Assembly: GCF_006345805.1 (NCBI RefSeq)
Contig: NW_021832829.1
Coordinates: 496,001-560,000, forward strand
Reading direction: 5' to 3'
DNA from: Octopus sinensis
Taxonomy: Eukaryota
DNA length: 64,000 nucleotides
The position numbers and the translations under genes were made by a program. Of the stretch, positions 28,285 through 43,170 are shown one piece after another (positions within the stretch are counted from its first letter, which is position 1; the number at the start of each line of letters is the position of its first letter). The notes below the pieces were generated by a model. The model worked only from the letters and a program-made list of their open reading frames with translations. It had not been told where the DNA came from and did not search any database.

Positions 28285-29371
28285 TTATGAAAACACTTCC
28301 TCTTTCAACTGAATTATCTCCGCAAATGCATCAGCCAATTCGTCTTTTAGTTTTTCGTAGTTAGAACAAATGTCAACTTTGCCGGAATAATTCCAACTCA
28401 ATCGTTCCACCAATTGATTTAACGATTTTAACTGAGTTTTCCTATCTTTGAGGGACGACTCCACGACTTGGAGATCATGTGTTAGTTGTGCGACAATATT
28501 TGTCAGTTGAACTACTTTTGCTTCTTTAATAACTAATTTGTTCATAGTCTCAACACAGTGTTTGTCGAGTTGATATATGTCTCGTACTGGAAACTGTTTC
28601 TTCATGTATTCCACTTTGTTATTAGCAACAACCAACTTTCTGTTGGCATTGCATAACTGTTCTTGGAGAATGGACATCTTTTCTTGAGCAAACGCTGCCT
28701 CCACGCGTCCACAGTGAGCTCTAAACCTGATTAACAACAATTTACTCTCTATTTTTTATTTTCTCTTCTAAAACAGCATTTTTTCGAACAAGATTTAAAT
28801 TTTGAAAAGAAAGCTGTTTCTGTCGTTCCAAATATTCCTCAATTTTTCGATTTAACAAGATTTTTTCCAGTTTATACAAAGAGTGTGATTTTTCCAGGAT
28901 ATTTTCAACATGTGAGAATCTTTGTTGTAAAATAATAAGTTTTTTGCGAAATGAATCCTCAATTTCTCTGTTGTGGTTAAAAAATGAACGAAGAAAGTTG
29001 TCAATTCCCGAAAGACGAACATTTAGAGATTCAATAATCTTTTGTACTAAAAAATACTTAAAATGAAAAATTACAATCAATTTTATTTACAGTCTTGGTT
29101 TTGTTTTCATCAAAAATGACCTGATTTATATATACATTTTTGTTTCGTTCTGAAGAAAAATCAACCTTTTGGGCAATTTGGGTCGAATTCTTCGAATTCT
29201 GTCTTTTGTTTTTTTTCTTTTTTTTCACTGCATGCTTAATTTTTGTTTTGTAATCTGATCTATTTAAAGGTTATCAAAAGATATTTACTTTAAAAATCGG
29301 ACAATATAAACAAAGGCAATAAGCAAAGTAAAAGCAACCAAAAGGACTAATAACGGCGACTCTGATAACAT
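28285..29371 (-). CDS. N-terminally anchored coiled-coil protein, kinectin/RRBP1(p180)-like architecture
   Basis: MLSESPLLVLLVAFTLLIAFVYIVRFLK (TM segment), then K-rich KHAVKKKKKNKRQ after a short intron, then heptad-rich exons; family call rests on architecture only. Confidence 0.6.
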
Positions 29372-29578
29372 CTATTAAATTTTTTAATTGATTAAGAACA
29401 AAAATAAGTAATGAAAATCTGAAAATTATCAAACTAATTCACATTGGATTTAAATATTATATTAAGAAAAAAGTAAATAATTTTTTATTAATTTTAATAT
29501 TATTTTATTAAATTTGCTATTTTAAAAAAACTGAAAAAATATCTGACAAAGAAATAATTGGAAACACAAAAGTACAAT

Positions 29579-30175
29579 ATGGTCACAAATTCTGACAGCT
29601 TAGTTTTTGAGCATATTAGACAAAGCTCATTAGCTCTCTTCAAGGCTATTCCATTCAATCTTGATTTGTTAGATATATTTTTTAAAAGTACTTCAAAATG
29701 TTATGTCAGTTGACTATCGGTACTCTGTCAATATATCATTGATCTTATGTCAATCATTAATGCTACAAATTTGATTAGGATTGGATTTAGTTGTAAGATT
29801 CCTTAACTTTTCAATCAGTAATGTCATTGGCGAGCGTACACGTACACTTCTTTAGGAGATCAGAATATGAATCTCCATTAAGCCAGCGCCTTTATCCCCA
29901 ACCGACGAGAACTATATTTTCTCGTCCAAGTTTGATATTATAAGTCTGATAAGATGTGAAATTGACCTTCAAGATTTGTCAGGATGAGGAAAACCGATTA
30001 AGCACGTCTTATTTTATAGCTTTGTATTTAAGATTTTCTAAGATTACTAGTTTATGGAACTAAACCATTCATTTATGTTGATAAAGACATCAACCTTCAT
30101 TGCCAATTATAATTGTTTAAGAAAATATTCTTATATTTTCAAACTCTTCCAATTATGTAGAGATGCTTCTCTGTG
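29579..30175 (+). CDS. Possible spliced gene of unknown product
   Basis: Short open segments separated by GT-AG spacers of intron size (e.g. gtaagattccttaacttttcaatcag); I could not build a complete model. Confidence 0.25.
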
Positions 30176-30426
30176 ATTCTGTTTTGGGCGAGTAGAAATA
30201 CTTTTTTGAAGTCAAATTTTTGGTTAGAGAGGAAATCCTCTGGCCATTAATCTTCCTCATACACTAAAAAAATATCAAGAATAGTTTTTGCAGCAGAAGA
30301 GTTAAAATAATTAAAAAATTATTTAAATAATAGTTTAATATATTTATACTTAATTTAAATAATCAATTATCACATAACTTGGTTGTTTGTGCAAAGTATG
30401 TCATGATTATTTATCTGTTAATTAGA

Positions 30427-30984
30427 ATGGCAAGCAAAAAAACTGTAAAGAGACCTCAAAAAAGACAACAAAGGAGCACATCTAACATATTTGCAATGAT
30501 TGAGCCTGATCAAATAAAGCGTTTCAAAGAAGTTTTTGGAATAATTGACCAAGATTCAGACGGAGTAATATCAAAAAATGATCTAAGGAACACCTACAAC
30601 AATCTCGGTTGAAATATTTTAGTTTATTGCCCAGGGTTGACACCTTCTGACGCGGATTTGGAAGAAATGCTAGCCGAAGCTCAGGGAAATCTTAATTTCA
30701 CGATGTACCTGGCCATGTTTGGTGAAAGACTGAAGGAGTCTGACCCTGAAAGCGTGATTGCGACTGCTTTTGCCTGTTTGGACAGCGAGGGGACTGGATA
30801 TGTAATGGAAGACGACCTGAGATCATATTTGACCACTATGGGAGACAGAATGACCGACGAGGAAGTTTAATTTCATATTCTATTCAAGATTGACGTCATA
30901 CTCCGAGATGCCAAAGTCAAAGACGAGAAGGTGTACTACAAAGAGTGTGCTGCTATGCTCAAGCAAGGACGAAAGGACGACTGA
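30427..30984 (+). CDS. Myosin II regulatory light chain (MYL9/MYL12 family), 168 aa; exons 30427-30607, 30635-30864, 30889-30984
   Basis: [13 protein letters not shown] phosphosite context, EF-hand [20 protein letters not shown]; introns of 27 and 24 nt. Confidence 0.95.
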
Positions 30985-31929
30985 ATGACTGTTTAATACT
31001 AATAAGATATAGTTTCATTTGGTTAATTATTTATTAATCAACCTATTTGTTCATTTTATAGAAATTGCGGTTTTAATTAAGGTTATAATCGAATATTTTT
31101 AGATTATTGATATTTATTGGTTTATCCTAGAACGGAGTCCTAACGATATTGATTTGTGATTCTCGACATTTAATTTTTTATCGATTAAATTTAGTATTTT
31201 TATAAAATCGATAGGCTAAAAATTATACTATGTTTAATGACAGTTAAGTGCTCAAAAAAGCATTTTGTTAACTTCCAAGAAACATAAAATTTCCGTTGGT
31301 AAGTATTTGATGATATAATAAATTTTTTGACAATGTATTGCCATCAAAAATTGGATGAATCAGAAATTGATAGCTGGGATTTGAAAGTAAGGCCTTTTTG
31401 AAATGTGACATTCCATTAACTAAATTATTGATGTCTTTGTTTACCGATTTATTCAAATGCAACCAGATTCCACTTCCTTCACAATCACTAGCTAAAAATT
31501 GTGCTAAATATATTGCTAATTAATATATGGATTCGTTTACAATCAAATTCAAGTATTCCATCAAATTTTATTTTATAGAACACAAAAAAATTTTGCGATA
31601 ACCGATGAGACTCAAATCCCAAACCAACGATATGTCGCGGGTTTGATGAGATTAATCAAACTCCCTAAAATTACTTATTTGGTGTCATTCACGCAAATTG
31701 ATTATGCACCTACAAAAATATTATAGCGCAGATTGTTGATGATTGAAAGACTACTTGCCGGAAGCCTGAAAGACTCGTAAGAATCCTCTGTGCCCGGATG
31801 GTCTTTAAGAGAACTTGTTGCTCACTATAATTGTGGTTAGCATTGAGACACTTTGGTGTCTTTTTTTATTTCCCCGTTAACGATTTTTCCTTGTTCTTTG
31901 CGCTTTAGTTTTGTGAACAATAAAAACAA

Positions 31930-32510
31930 TTCAATGTGAGCGAATTCTTGGGGAAATTAGGATTGGAATTAAATTTCTCCAAGTCGGCGATTAATTCACG
32001 ATTATATGACGATTTGATCAAATTCTTGGAGGATCGCGGTGGTTATAAGTACTTCGGGATCACAGAGAGCCTCAAATCGCTCATACTATCTGAAACTAAG
32101 ATCCAAATATTAGGGGGAGTGCAGAAGTAGGCAGCAATTTTATGTAAAACTAGTTTAAATGCTAGGACATTATCCCATGCATTGAATAAGTATGCAATTT
32201 CATTGATTAGTTATTATGTGGGTATTGTGGACTTTGAGCCACATGAGTACGATGATATGGATTGTATGATCCGTAGAATACTAAAAAAAGACCAGGTTCA
32301 TGTGCTGGCAGCCAATAAGGAGAGGTTATATCCGTCACGTGCTAAATTTGAAAGGGAGCTCTGTGGAGTGGCCCATTGAAATGAGTGTATTTTTTAAAGA
32401 TGTATGATCACCTGTACGCGATCTTGCATACCGAAAAGTCACGAGCTAGTCACCCTGGAACCATGAAGTCATATTTATTGGCTAAGTACGGTTTTACGAT
32501 TGAACAAGTA
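31930..32510 (+). mobile_element. R4/Dong-like RT fragment
   Basis: GLELNFSKSA, YKYFGI, LCKTSLNARTLSHALNKYAISLISYYVG. Confidence 0.8.
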
Positions 32511-32514
32511 TCAG

Positions 32515-32990
32515 ATGTAAAGGGGTTGATCTGCTTTACAGATGGCATACTTACTGTAGACATCAACGACGGTAAATATCCATTTGTAGCCATCATTTGA
32601 ATCATTAAATTTTTTAATGTTTATAAGGTCAGGTTGAAATCGTTTATTTGGTCTTTTAAAAATCACATGGAATCTAGATCGGAAACCTGCATTAATTCTA
32701 TACTTTAAGTGGAATAGAAAACTTACAAATTGAGCATTTGTTGACAATTGGTTCTATAATTTTCCGCTTTATTGTAAAATAAGAGTGTAAAAATTCCCGT
32801 TGCAGTTGACAAATTCCAGGAAGGCTATTTCGATGAATAAAATTTTCCATAGTTTGCATTTCACTCTCATTATCCATGCAAGTAACTAGTTTGTGATTTT
32901 GAAATCTTTTGCTTTTAAGGTATAAACTTTCGTCTCGAATCCGCTCAATGTATCAATAAAATATAAAGACAATATTCGTTCCAATATTTC
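32515..32990 (-). mobile_element. Integrase fragment (Zn-binding domain plus start of catalytic core), Ginger/gypsy-integrase type
   Basis: IHRNS...YFTIKRKIIEPIVNKCSIC, then RFQPDLI...NDGYKWIFTVVDVYSKYA. Confidence 0.7.
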
Positions 32991-33059
32991 CCAGGGCCAT
33001 CAGTTTAATTTGAAATGGATTGAATATCTTAAAACATTTAGTTTTTCATTATACTAACT

Positions 33060-33805
33060 TTCGTAGACAAAAAAATATTCACCACACGAAAAGAGTTAGA
33101 GACGAGAAATATTTCGAAGCAATCATGAACTAATTGATCAAAACAACTTGAAGTACGAAAGAAGAGAGACTTCATATACTCCAGGGATCAATCAATTTGT
33201 GGACATGGTATCTCATCACTTCTCTAACTAATCAGGAATTTGGAGAAATACATAAAGGATCTCATTTTGACCTCAAATTACTCAAATTTCAAGAATTTAG
33301 TTTCAAACCCAAATTTGGAGATAATTATGACGTTCCAGTCAACTTTAGTTGGGTGAATCGTAATGTTGTCACTCGTGTTAAAGATGAAGGAAAATGTGGA
33401 TCCTGTTATATATTTGGAGCTGTATTAGACACTAATCAATTCGTAGTTGGGAAGTTTTGAAGGCAAATTCGCTATTAAATACGGCAAGCTTGTTAGCTTC
33501 AGCGAGCAAAATGTACTGATTGGAACGGACGAATGTCGTGGGGCACCGAGGTGAGTGTATTTAAATACATAATGAAAAATGGTAGCATCGACACCGAAGA
33601 AATGTACTTTTACGAAGCCAGGGTGTACTATCTCATATCAATCTTTAGAGTTGGTTCTGCAGATATAGAAAAAATGTTGTAAAAATGATTGGATTTAAAA
33701 CATTCACATCAGAATTTGAGTTATTGAAAGCACTGATCAACATTGGGCTGATCACTGTAGTTATCTGTAGTTCAGATTTATCATTTCAATTATATCAAAA
33801 AGGTA
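33060..33805 (+). pseudogene. Cathepsin L-like (papain C1A) protease pseudogene, truncated
   Basis: I29 prodomain remnant, VPVNFSW, VTRVKDEGKCGSC, GKLVSFSEQN, GSIDTE; frameshifts; the catalytic His/Asn half is not seen. Confidence 0.75.
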
Positions 33806-33829
33806 ATCTTAAATGTTCTAAATTAAGGA

Positions 33830-35210
33830 GTTACCCACTTTAAAATTGGTCTGGTCATTAATTCCAGCAAGTCTGAGTTTTTCAATCTTTTTGTTGAGCC
33901 ATTTATGTTTAAGAACTCTCTTTTCTGCGGATTCCTTCCTTAGTTGAGACAGACACCTCTGTCTGATCTGGAAATTCTGGGGTCACCGATTCTCGCCGAC
34001 TCAGCTACACGAATCATCCTCGCCAAAAAATCTTATCGCATCTATTTGTGAAAAACTTTCTGTCATTGATCCTCATCCTTCATTCTACATCTCCAAGAAC
34101 TATCTTTTGATCCTAAAAATCATTTATATACTGAGGAGCTCTTCTTGTTTTTATGTCACGCAGGTGCTGGAATCTTATGATACCTTGATTCTGAGTTCTG
34201 CTGAGAAAATTCTTAATGTGCATTTCGATGATATTGGCTGGTGTCAGGCTAAACTTCCTGTGAGTCACGGAAGTCTGGGCCTCCGTTCCAGTCTGGATTT
34301 GACTCTTCCTGCCTTTCTTTCTTCGACGTCTGGATTATATCTCCTTGTCCAAAAGATTCTGGAAAAAACTACTGAATCATCGTTGGACTTTGATATTGAT
34401 TTGGCCCTTGCACTTTGGAAACAAAATTTCTCTAAACTCCTTTCCGATGTCATTTCTCAGCAGGATTTGGACAAAATTCTTTGCCGTCGATCTTCAGCTG
34501 ACTTGAACCGCTACTCTAACAAAACAGACTGGCCTCTTTCCGTTCCTCCTGTCAGCAATACTCAGGCTCCTGGCTTAATGTACTTTTTCGTTTTGGATAC
34601 TGTTCTCGATAGGGATTCACTCCGTTTGGGTATTTGTAATCGCCTTGGACTCCCTGTCTGCAGACCTCACCTCTGTCGTTGTGGGGCTAAAGTTAACGCC
34701 CTTGGGGTACATCCTCTGTCTTCGAATGAGTGCCGGCCGATTTCCTCGGCACACTGAAATTAAAAATCTAATTCACAAAACTTTGGAAAGAGCTGGTTTC
34801 CCTTCAGCTCTGGAACCGACGACCTTGAAGATGCAAAACGTCCCGACGGCTGTACAGTTTTCGCTTTTGAATCCGGGAAGCAGCTTGTTTGGGACGTCAC
34901 TTGTGCCGACTCTTTCGCCTAGGGAGCCTTGAATTCCATGCCTTGTCGACCCGGTACGTCGGCTTAGAAGGCCGAATCCACGAAACTGATGAAATACGAG
35001 GATTTACGCGATCGATTTTGCCTTTGGGCAATTGCCGTTGAGACTTCCTGTGTTTTTGGGGCCAAGAAGCTTGCTCATCTGAAGAAACTTGGGCGTCTGT
35101 GCACGCACCCATCGCTCCAGAGATCCCAGGGAATTTATATTCCTTATTCAGAGGATCTCGCTGGCTGTTTTACTGGGGAATTGTCTCTCGATTCTGCGAG
35201 GTGGTAGTTA
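33830..35210 (+). mobile_element. Degenerate CRE-like element
   Basis: QAKLPVSHGSLGLRS, CRPHLCRCG, SAGRFPRH, decayed RPDG/WDVTC. Confidence 0.8.
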
Positions 35211-35223
35211 ATACAGTAAACTA

Positions 35224-36310
35224 TTGTATTGCACAATGTCTGATATAACACAAGCAAAACAATCATACGAACTATCTATTATGTCTTTCAATGTAAGAGG
35301 CCTTAAATCGACTTGGAAACAACATGCACTATCTGAGGACAGGAAGAAATACAGGATCTCGGTTGGATGTCTACAAGAAACCAAAGTGAAGCTCGGGGAT
35401 GAGCAAGTTTATGGGGACTATCGCCTTATTCTGCTGCCCTCTGAATGCGGACACTATGGCCAAGGCTTTGTGACACACAAACACTTATCTACTTGTATTC
35501 ATCGCTGCTGGAGAATCACCAATCGAATATCTGTACTACAAATAAATACCGGACACAAATCCGGAATGCTTTCCATCATTAATGTTTATGCTCCTCAAAG
35601 CGGCAGGATCGCCAAGAATCTCGACGAACTAGACTCCTTTTACGAGGAGCTAGCTAGGACACTCACAAGTCTGGAGGATTTGTCCATTCTATTCATCGCC
35701 GGGGATTGGAATGCCACAGTTGGCATCCGCTCTGGGGACGAGCAGTTTATTGGCAGATATGGCCGTGGGTACAGGAACCTTCCGGGCACTCTTCTGGCCC
35801 ATTTCTGTGAGACCTTTTCACTATTTTTGTGTAACACGGCTTTCTGCCACGCTGCACGACATCGGACCACATGGACTGGAAGTAGAACAAATGGGGCTGG
35901 TGAACCTACATCAATCTACAACCAAATCGATTATATTCTTTGTCGACAGACCGATAAGGCAAGAACACATGGGAATTCATTATGAATGGTATCCATACGG
36001 CTGCTGACGAGCACATCGGGAAGCAACCAAATAATAGTCAGTCCGGGAGATGCTGCCACCCAGATGTTCGGGCGAAAATCGTTGAGCAAAAGGACCTAAA
36101 GCTCAGAATCGAAAACAAGAACGATCATAATGACAAACAGGCACTGAAGAGGAAACGTGCCAGAATACAACGACTCATTAAGAAACTAAACCGTCAGCAC
36201 ACTCGCGACACTCTGGAAACCCTTCTAAACGAAATCGAAGGGCTCAAGAACGGCGCACAAATGTTTCAGGCCATGCGTCTTCTCAAAAGAAGAAAAAACT
36301 CTCTCTAATT
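35224..36310 (+). mobile_element. AP-endonuclease domain of an RTE-like LINE (5' part only)
   Basis: SFNVRGL, CLQETK, INVYAPQ, AGDWNA, NQIDYIL. Confidence 0.8.
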
Positions 36311-36479
36311 TGCCATTTTTGGTTCCTGGCAAATTTCAGAATAAAATTTTTATTTAATTTTCTAATTAATTTAAAAGGAAATATTATTATTAACCAAGGA
36401 ATTTAAAAAAATTAAATTTTATTAAAGTAATTTTCAATTCCCAATCGCCTTTTCATAGAATTTTTAATATTTTCTTTAT

Positions 36480-37010
36480 ATCATCTTATTGAAGTAATGA
36501 ATTCCGCATCATTGTCATTTTCAATGTTTTCTAGAAGGCTGTTTTCAATCTTTCTTAATTTGTATAGCATTTCAGCCTTGCTTAATGATTTATGTACTTC
36601 TACACAACCCGATTCTTCTTGTTCCTCAATAGAAATTAATTTCTCCTCATCATCAATTGCCTCCTTTGTAATCAATTGAAATAAATTCTTCTATTTAAAT
36701 TGGATCATAAATATCTTTTTTGCTTACAATGTCAGCTGGTATATTTATGTCAAAATTCTTAATCCAATTCGCAAAAATTGATGCTGTTATCCAAGCCCTT
36801 TTGGAATTGTAATAACAAACAAAGGAATTATAATCATAATTCTTGAAACATCTGGGCAATTTTGGTTTCCCGATCAATAGTGTGTGTTCCTGACACATTG
36901 GCACACAACATGACTGAGACTCTATCTTTGAAATTTTTATATCCATCAAACAAAAAATGTCATTAGAAAACAGAATTATAGAACACCGCCATAAAATAAG
37001 TAGAAAAAGG
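36480..37010 (-). mobile_element. pogo/Tigger (CENP-B-like DDE_1) transposase remnant
   Basis: LLIGKPKLPRCFKN..YYNSKRAWITASIFANWIKNFD. Confidence 0.7.
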
Positions 37011-37307
37011 AATTCATCTTTGCATCAAACCAGCTTGTGAAATTGAAAAAGCACTGTAAAAAAATCAGGCAAAAAAAAGACAGAAAGAAAATTCAACGAA
37101 AACGGGGTGAATAAAATCAACAGAGATGGCCAAGTAACAAATAAAGTATTAAAGCCTAAATTAAAACATGTCCGGGCAAGTTTAGTTTGCAATCTCAAAT
37201 TAATTTTAGTAAGTCGGCAAAAAATCTCCAAATTTTCATAAGAAACAAATTATTTTATTGAACGAAAATGTTAGTATCCAAACAAAAAGACAATGAATAA
37301 TTAAATT

Positions 37308-38485
<1,178 letters not shown>

Positions 38486-38959
38486 CAGCAAAATTAAAAT
38501 TTTGATATTCTATTTAATGTTGGATTAAACAGTATAAATAAAAATTGTTTTAATTGAATATAATTCAATAATTTTATGTCGAAAATGCTTAAACACAGTA
38601 AAAAACCAATTTAAGAGACAGAAGCGAATAAATTTATATTTTTTGGAATGGCGAAAACAAATTTCACTTTTGATGCCAACTATGCATTTAAAAGTAAACA
38701 GTGAGTGAATACAGTCAGGATGCCTCCATCAACTTTCCCATATCTGACTCTACAAATAACTGACATCGTTTTCAGAAACCTTCCCAAACTAGAATAGTCT
38801 GAGGATTCTCGGCTGCTTGTAGTCGATGGGAAGCCTCGTTTTGATTCGAGGCTGCTCTGATTTCTTATTTTTGCTTCTCTGACAATTCTAATTTCGGTCC
38901 CACTCTTTTTTTGCGTTTTGTAAATTACCCCTTTTATTATTAGAACTTTCACGAGAGCC

Positions 38960-40730
38960 ATAATGTTTATAACCCCGCATGTGCAGCAGAAGATATTAGA
39001 GAACTAATTAGATTGCTCCAAGCTCTCCTGTTCTTAGCTAGGTTCCTCAGAGAGTCCAGATCTTCACCAGATGCCAATGTTTTTTACGGTTTTCAGATCG
39101 TTTTGTAAAACAATCAGGAGGCTAGTTCTTGGTTTTCCACGAAAGTGTCCTACATTAGAGGAGGGGTAGTAATCCTCCAATGCGATGTTCGGGGGGATTT
39201 CGGGTCTAACCTCAGGACATGTCCAAAAAGTCTCCAACGAGAGCTAATGATCTCGCGACTTATTGGCGTACATTCACACTTATTGTACAGTCCGCTTCGC
39301 GAGATCCTGGATGGCCAAAACATTCCAGTTATGTTTCTTAGATGATTCCTGTGAAACGAGTCGAGCTTCTCCAATTCCTCTTTTGTCGTGTCCCAGGTCC
39401 AGAGTTGTATAGAAGAAATGGTTTGATATATGTGTCGTATAGCCCTTGTTTGTGTTATTTCCCTTCTGTTTAACCATATGTTTTTTAGCCTGTGTAATGC
39501 CGCGTTTGCCAAGGTTTTTCTCCGTATGATATCTTCATTGTCTTCTAATATAGAATCAAGTTTCTTAGTGTTCCTCCATTTCTCTTTGAGTGGGTTATTT
39601 ATTCGTCTTATTTCTGTCCATTCTATTTTTTTTCCATGCTCACTGTGAGAAACCATTTCCCAAGTATATCTAGTTTTTTTGTCTTCAGAGATTAGGACGG
39701 CATAAATCACTTTTTCTATTTTTCCTTGGTATAATAGCCTCAGTTCCCTCATAGCAGCCTCCAAGTATATTGTGAATAGTAGCGGAGACAGGGAGTCTCC
39801 CTGAGGAGTGCCTGTGTTTGTTTCAAATTTCCTTGAGTAGGTTTTTCCAACTTTCACAAGGAGCTCTCTGTTAGATAGAAGGATTTGGGTCATTCTTAGA
39901 CTCAATTCGTCGATAATCCCTTCAAGCACTGTCATCAGTTTGCTCTCGTTGACCGAGTCAAAAGATTTTAATAGATCTAATTCCAGAATGTGGGTGGCAT
40001 TGCGATATCTGTGATGTGTCACACATCTCCACTTGTGACTCCATACTGCATCAGCTGTTGATCTTCCTCCTCTGAACCCACTTTGACTTTTGGGTAGGTA
40101 TTCATAGGCTGGTCATTTTATTTGTTCCAATACAATGTTAGCTAAGACTTTCCGTAGAGAATTTGATAATATAATTGGTCTTAGGTTTTCAATCGGTATT
40201 TTGGGTTTATTCGGTTTTGGTATAGGTATTAGTAATCCCGTCCCCAAGGGGAAAGTTGAGTTAGTTGAAAACTGGTTTCTGTAGAAAGAATCGAGGTTCT
40301 TTAAATCTGAATCAGAAATGCCCCATGTTGAGATTACTTATAAATTCTAAAACTTGTTATCGTTTTTCCGGTACGTATCCACCTCTTGTGTTCTCAATAA
40401 TATTGTTTGTAATGTTGTTATGTTTCTTATGCTTGATATCATGTTTTGCCATGCTGAAGGTGACAATAACCATTCTGTGATCGCTGACTGTTGAACCTTC
40501 ATATGAGCGTGCGTTTATAAGAGAGCGTTTGTCATTAATTTTGTTTGCTGTGCAGAAATAACCAAGTATGGTCCTAGGCAGGTTTCTTTTTCTACGTCCG
40601 TGTGTTCCCATGAAGGTATCTTCTGAGTTCTTTTTTGTTCTGATTTTCGCATTAAGATCGCCGGCAATGAATATAAGTGAACACGGCTCATATTCTTTAT
40701 ACGTTCTTGATAATGCTGAGTAGAATTCAT
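38960..40730 (-). mobile_element. RTE-like LINE (APE remnant + RT), degenerate
   Basis: SDHRMV, GTPQGDSLSPLLFTIYLE, DIIRRKTLA, LDSFHRNHLR. Confidence 0.85.
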
Positions 40731-40744
40731 CTATAGTTTGGTCA

Positions 40745-40971
40745 AAAATATTTTTTTATTTTTGCGGGAAGGGTTTAAGGACCTCATCATTTAGGAAATT
40801 CTTGATATGCTAGTTTTTTGGGTAGAAGATTTTTGGAGGACCTTATCATTTCTGGCTTGTTCCCCATTATTGGCGAATTAAAAGGGGAAAGAATTTTGAC
40901 AATTTACCTGTATTTTGCTAATTTGAAGTTGGTCCACACACAGACAAACACACACTATTTTATTATTAAGA
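40745..40971 (-). mobile_element. Helitron 5' end
   Basis: Reverse complement begins A|TCTTAATAATAAAATAGTGTGTGTTTGTCTGTGTGTGGACCAACTTCAAATT, as at 55746. Confidence 0.7.
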
Positions 40972-41614
40972 TTATGTTTTAAAGCGATTAAATTTAAAGG
41001 TGTGAAGTCTTTCTAGTGGCTCTACTACGTGCCAGGGCTTTGAGAATCAAGATCAGATCCATTTTAGTCCCCTGCTGTAATATAGCAAACCACAAGTATT
41101 TTACTCAATTTTATTAAATACATCAAAATGACTAACCTTAGAGGCGAGGAGCATAATAAATTACTTCTAAAATAATAGCGCTCACATTCAAATCTAAAAA
41201 TGCGTCTTTATTTTCACCAAAAAAACGCGAGATCCCCACGTGTGTGCAACCAATCGAGATAAATTTTTTCTGGACATTTGCCCCCATGGTAGGCAACTAT
41301 ATTAATTTGTTCGACCTCCTCTACACACTTTTTCCATTTCAAACTAAGAAACCATGTAATGTGTAATTTAGATATAAAACCTACTATGAAAATGAGAAAA
41401 TAAATAAATTAATAATTAATAACGTGGTTAAATATCACATTGAAAAGCTGAGGACCTTCCTGCGGGTTGTCTGGATCACCTAATTAATTTATTCAACTGT
41501 TTCCCTCGCTTGAATCGGGGACTCACGGGGATTATAATTAACTGGCTCACCCTGGTCTCTTGGTCATTAATAAATAAATAAATTAAACTGTTTGTGATTT
41601 CGGTTAAATAAAAA

Positions 41615-42240
41615 ACGACCTTGAATAGAGTGCTATTAACAGATTTTGAAAACACTTATAAGAAAATTTGAACAAGTATTAACACAATTGACCACCAATT
41701 GACAGCGCATTTAGAATAATTTCCGTAGAAATATTAATTATTTATTAGTTTTTTTGTTCTTGCGGTGCACAACCCGAGAAAACTGGGTTTAATCCGTTCT
41801 TTCTCAAGTGTTAGAAAGAGCTTCCAGGATGCCCAGATATAGTAGCATATTCTGCTTCAGTGCTTCAATCGACGCTTTGGCTCAAATTTATTGTTGAAAG
41901 CACTGAAGAAGCTGGCCCTGAACGAGTTCTAAAAATGGTCCGATTTTTCTTTTAGTCAGAGTTCGCACTGACTTTTCTTATTGTGACTATTGAACATGGC
42001 GATTTATTTTGGCTCACGTACTAGGTCAGAAATTTTTTGAAGTGCCTGCGAAGACTCGATGGGCAAAACCTCCGAAGTTTGTATGAATGCCGTTGGTTTG
42101 GAACTCGACTACAATAAGTCGGTGAATAACACCCCTGTATGTGATGACCTAGTTGAAGTCTTGGAGGAGCACCAAGAGTATAAGTATCTTGGCGTAATTT
42201 TGAGTCTATCCTCATTAATCATATCCGAAACGAGAACGAC
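41615..42240 (+). mobile_element. R4/Dong-like element: 5' region joined to RT end
   Basis: Homologous to 15880-16130; GLELDYNKS..YKYLGV. Confidence 0.75.
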
Positions 42241-43170
42241 CCCCGGAACTTATTCCACTCGAACCAAGTCTTCACTCGTCTTTGGGGGCAAGATTATTTT
42301 TTCTGAGACTGGAGCCCAACAAGGGGATTCTTTTGGTCCACTTCTCTTTGCTTTGGCAATCGACGAAATTGTCCGCTCTAGCAGCGCGGAACTGAACCTT
42401 TGGTATCTTGATGATGCCACAATTGGAAAACCGTTTTGACAGCTTGTCACAAGTCGTGCCTATACTACGAAAACTTGGACTCGATATAAATATAAAAAAA
42501 TCGGAGCTAATAAATATCACATACTCGGAGAGTGATTTTACCAACTTGGTCAAGTCTTTCAGCTCGGTATTACCCGTGACTACTGTCTTCCTTCGGGAGA
42601 GGGCATACTTTTTTGGGTACCCACTTGACGAAAAGGAATTGCGGTGCTATCTACTGGCAAAAAAGGAACTTTCTATAGTTACGGGGAAACTCTCCTTACT
42701 CAATGCTCATACTGCATTCTTCCTTTTGAAAAATACCATTGGCTTGCCTAAACTCCAATACGCTCTCCGGTGTTCTCCCTGCTTTGAACATCCGGACATC
42801 CTACAATCACTGGATAGGATTTTGAGAAATTCAGCTGAATCGCTCCTGAACATCCACTTTGACGAACCTGATTGGAATCAATGCAAGCTTCGCACCAGAT
42901 TCAAGGGTATCAGGAGGCGCTGGATTTCGCATTCCCAGCATATCTGTCATCTCTTTCAAGCTGCAGTCATCTCATCCAGGAAGTCCTAAGTCACACTACT
43001 GGACTTTCCTTGGAAACAGTATTTGACGAGGATTGCTTGCAGTGGAAGAAAGCTGATTCCAAAGGACTACATCCCTTGTCTTGCAAGAGGAATGCAGGTC
43101 GAGGCTCCCGCATTAAAATTGCGGTTCTTCGTAGCAACACGCATACAGTACTTGCTGCCGGTCCATGACG
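42240..43170 (+). mobile_element. Degenerate CRE-like element abutting the R4-like copy
   Basis: GAQQGDSFGPLLF, WYLDD, LLKNTIGLPKL. Confidence 0.8.
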
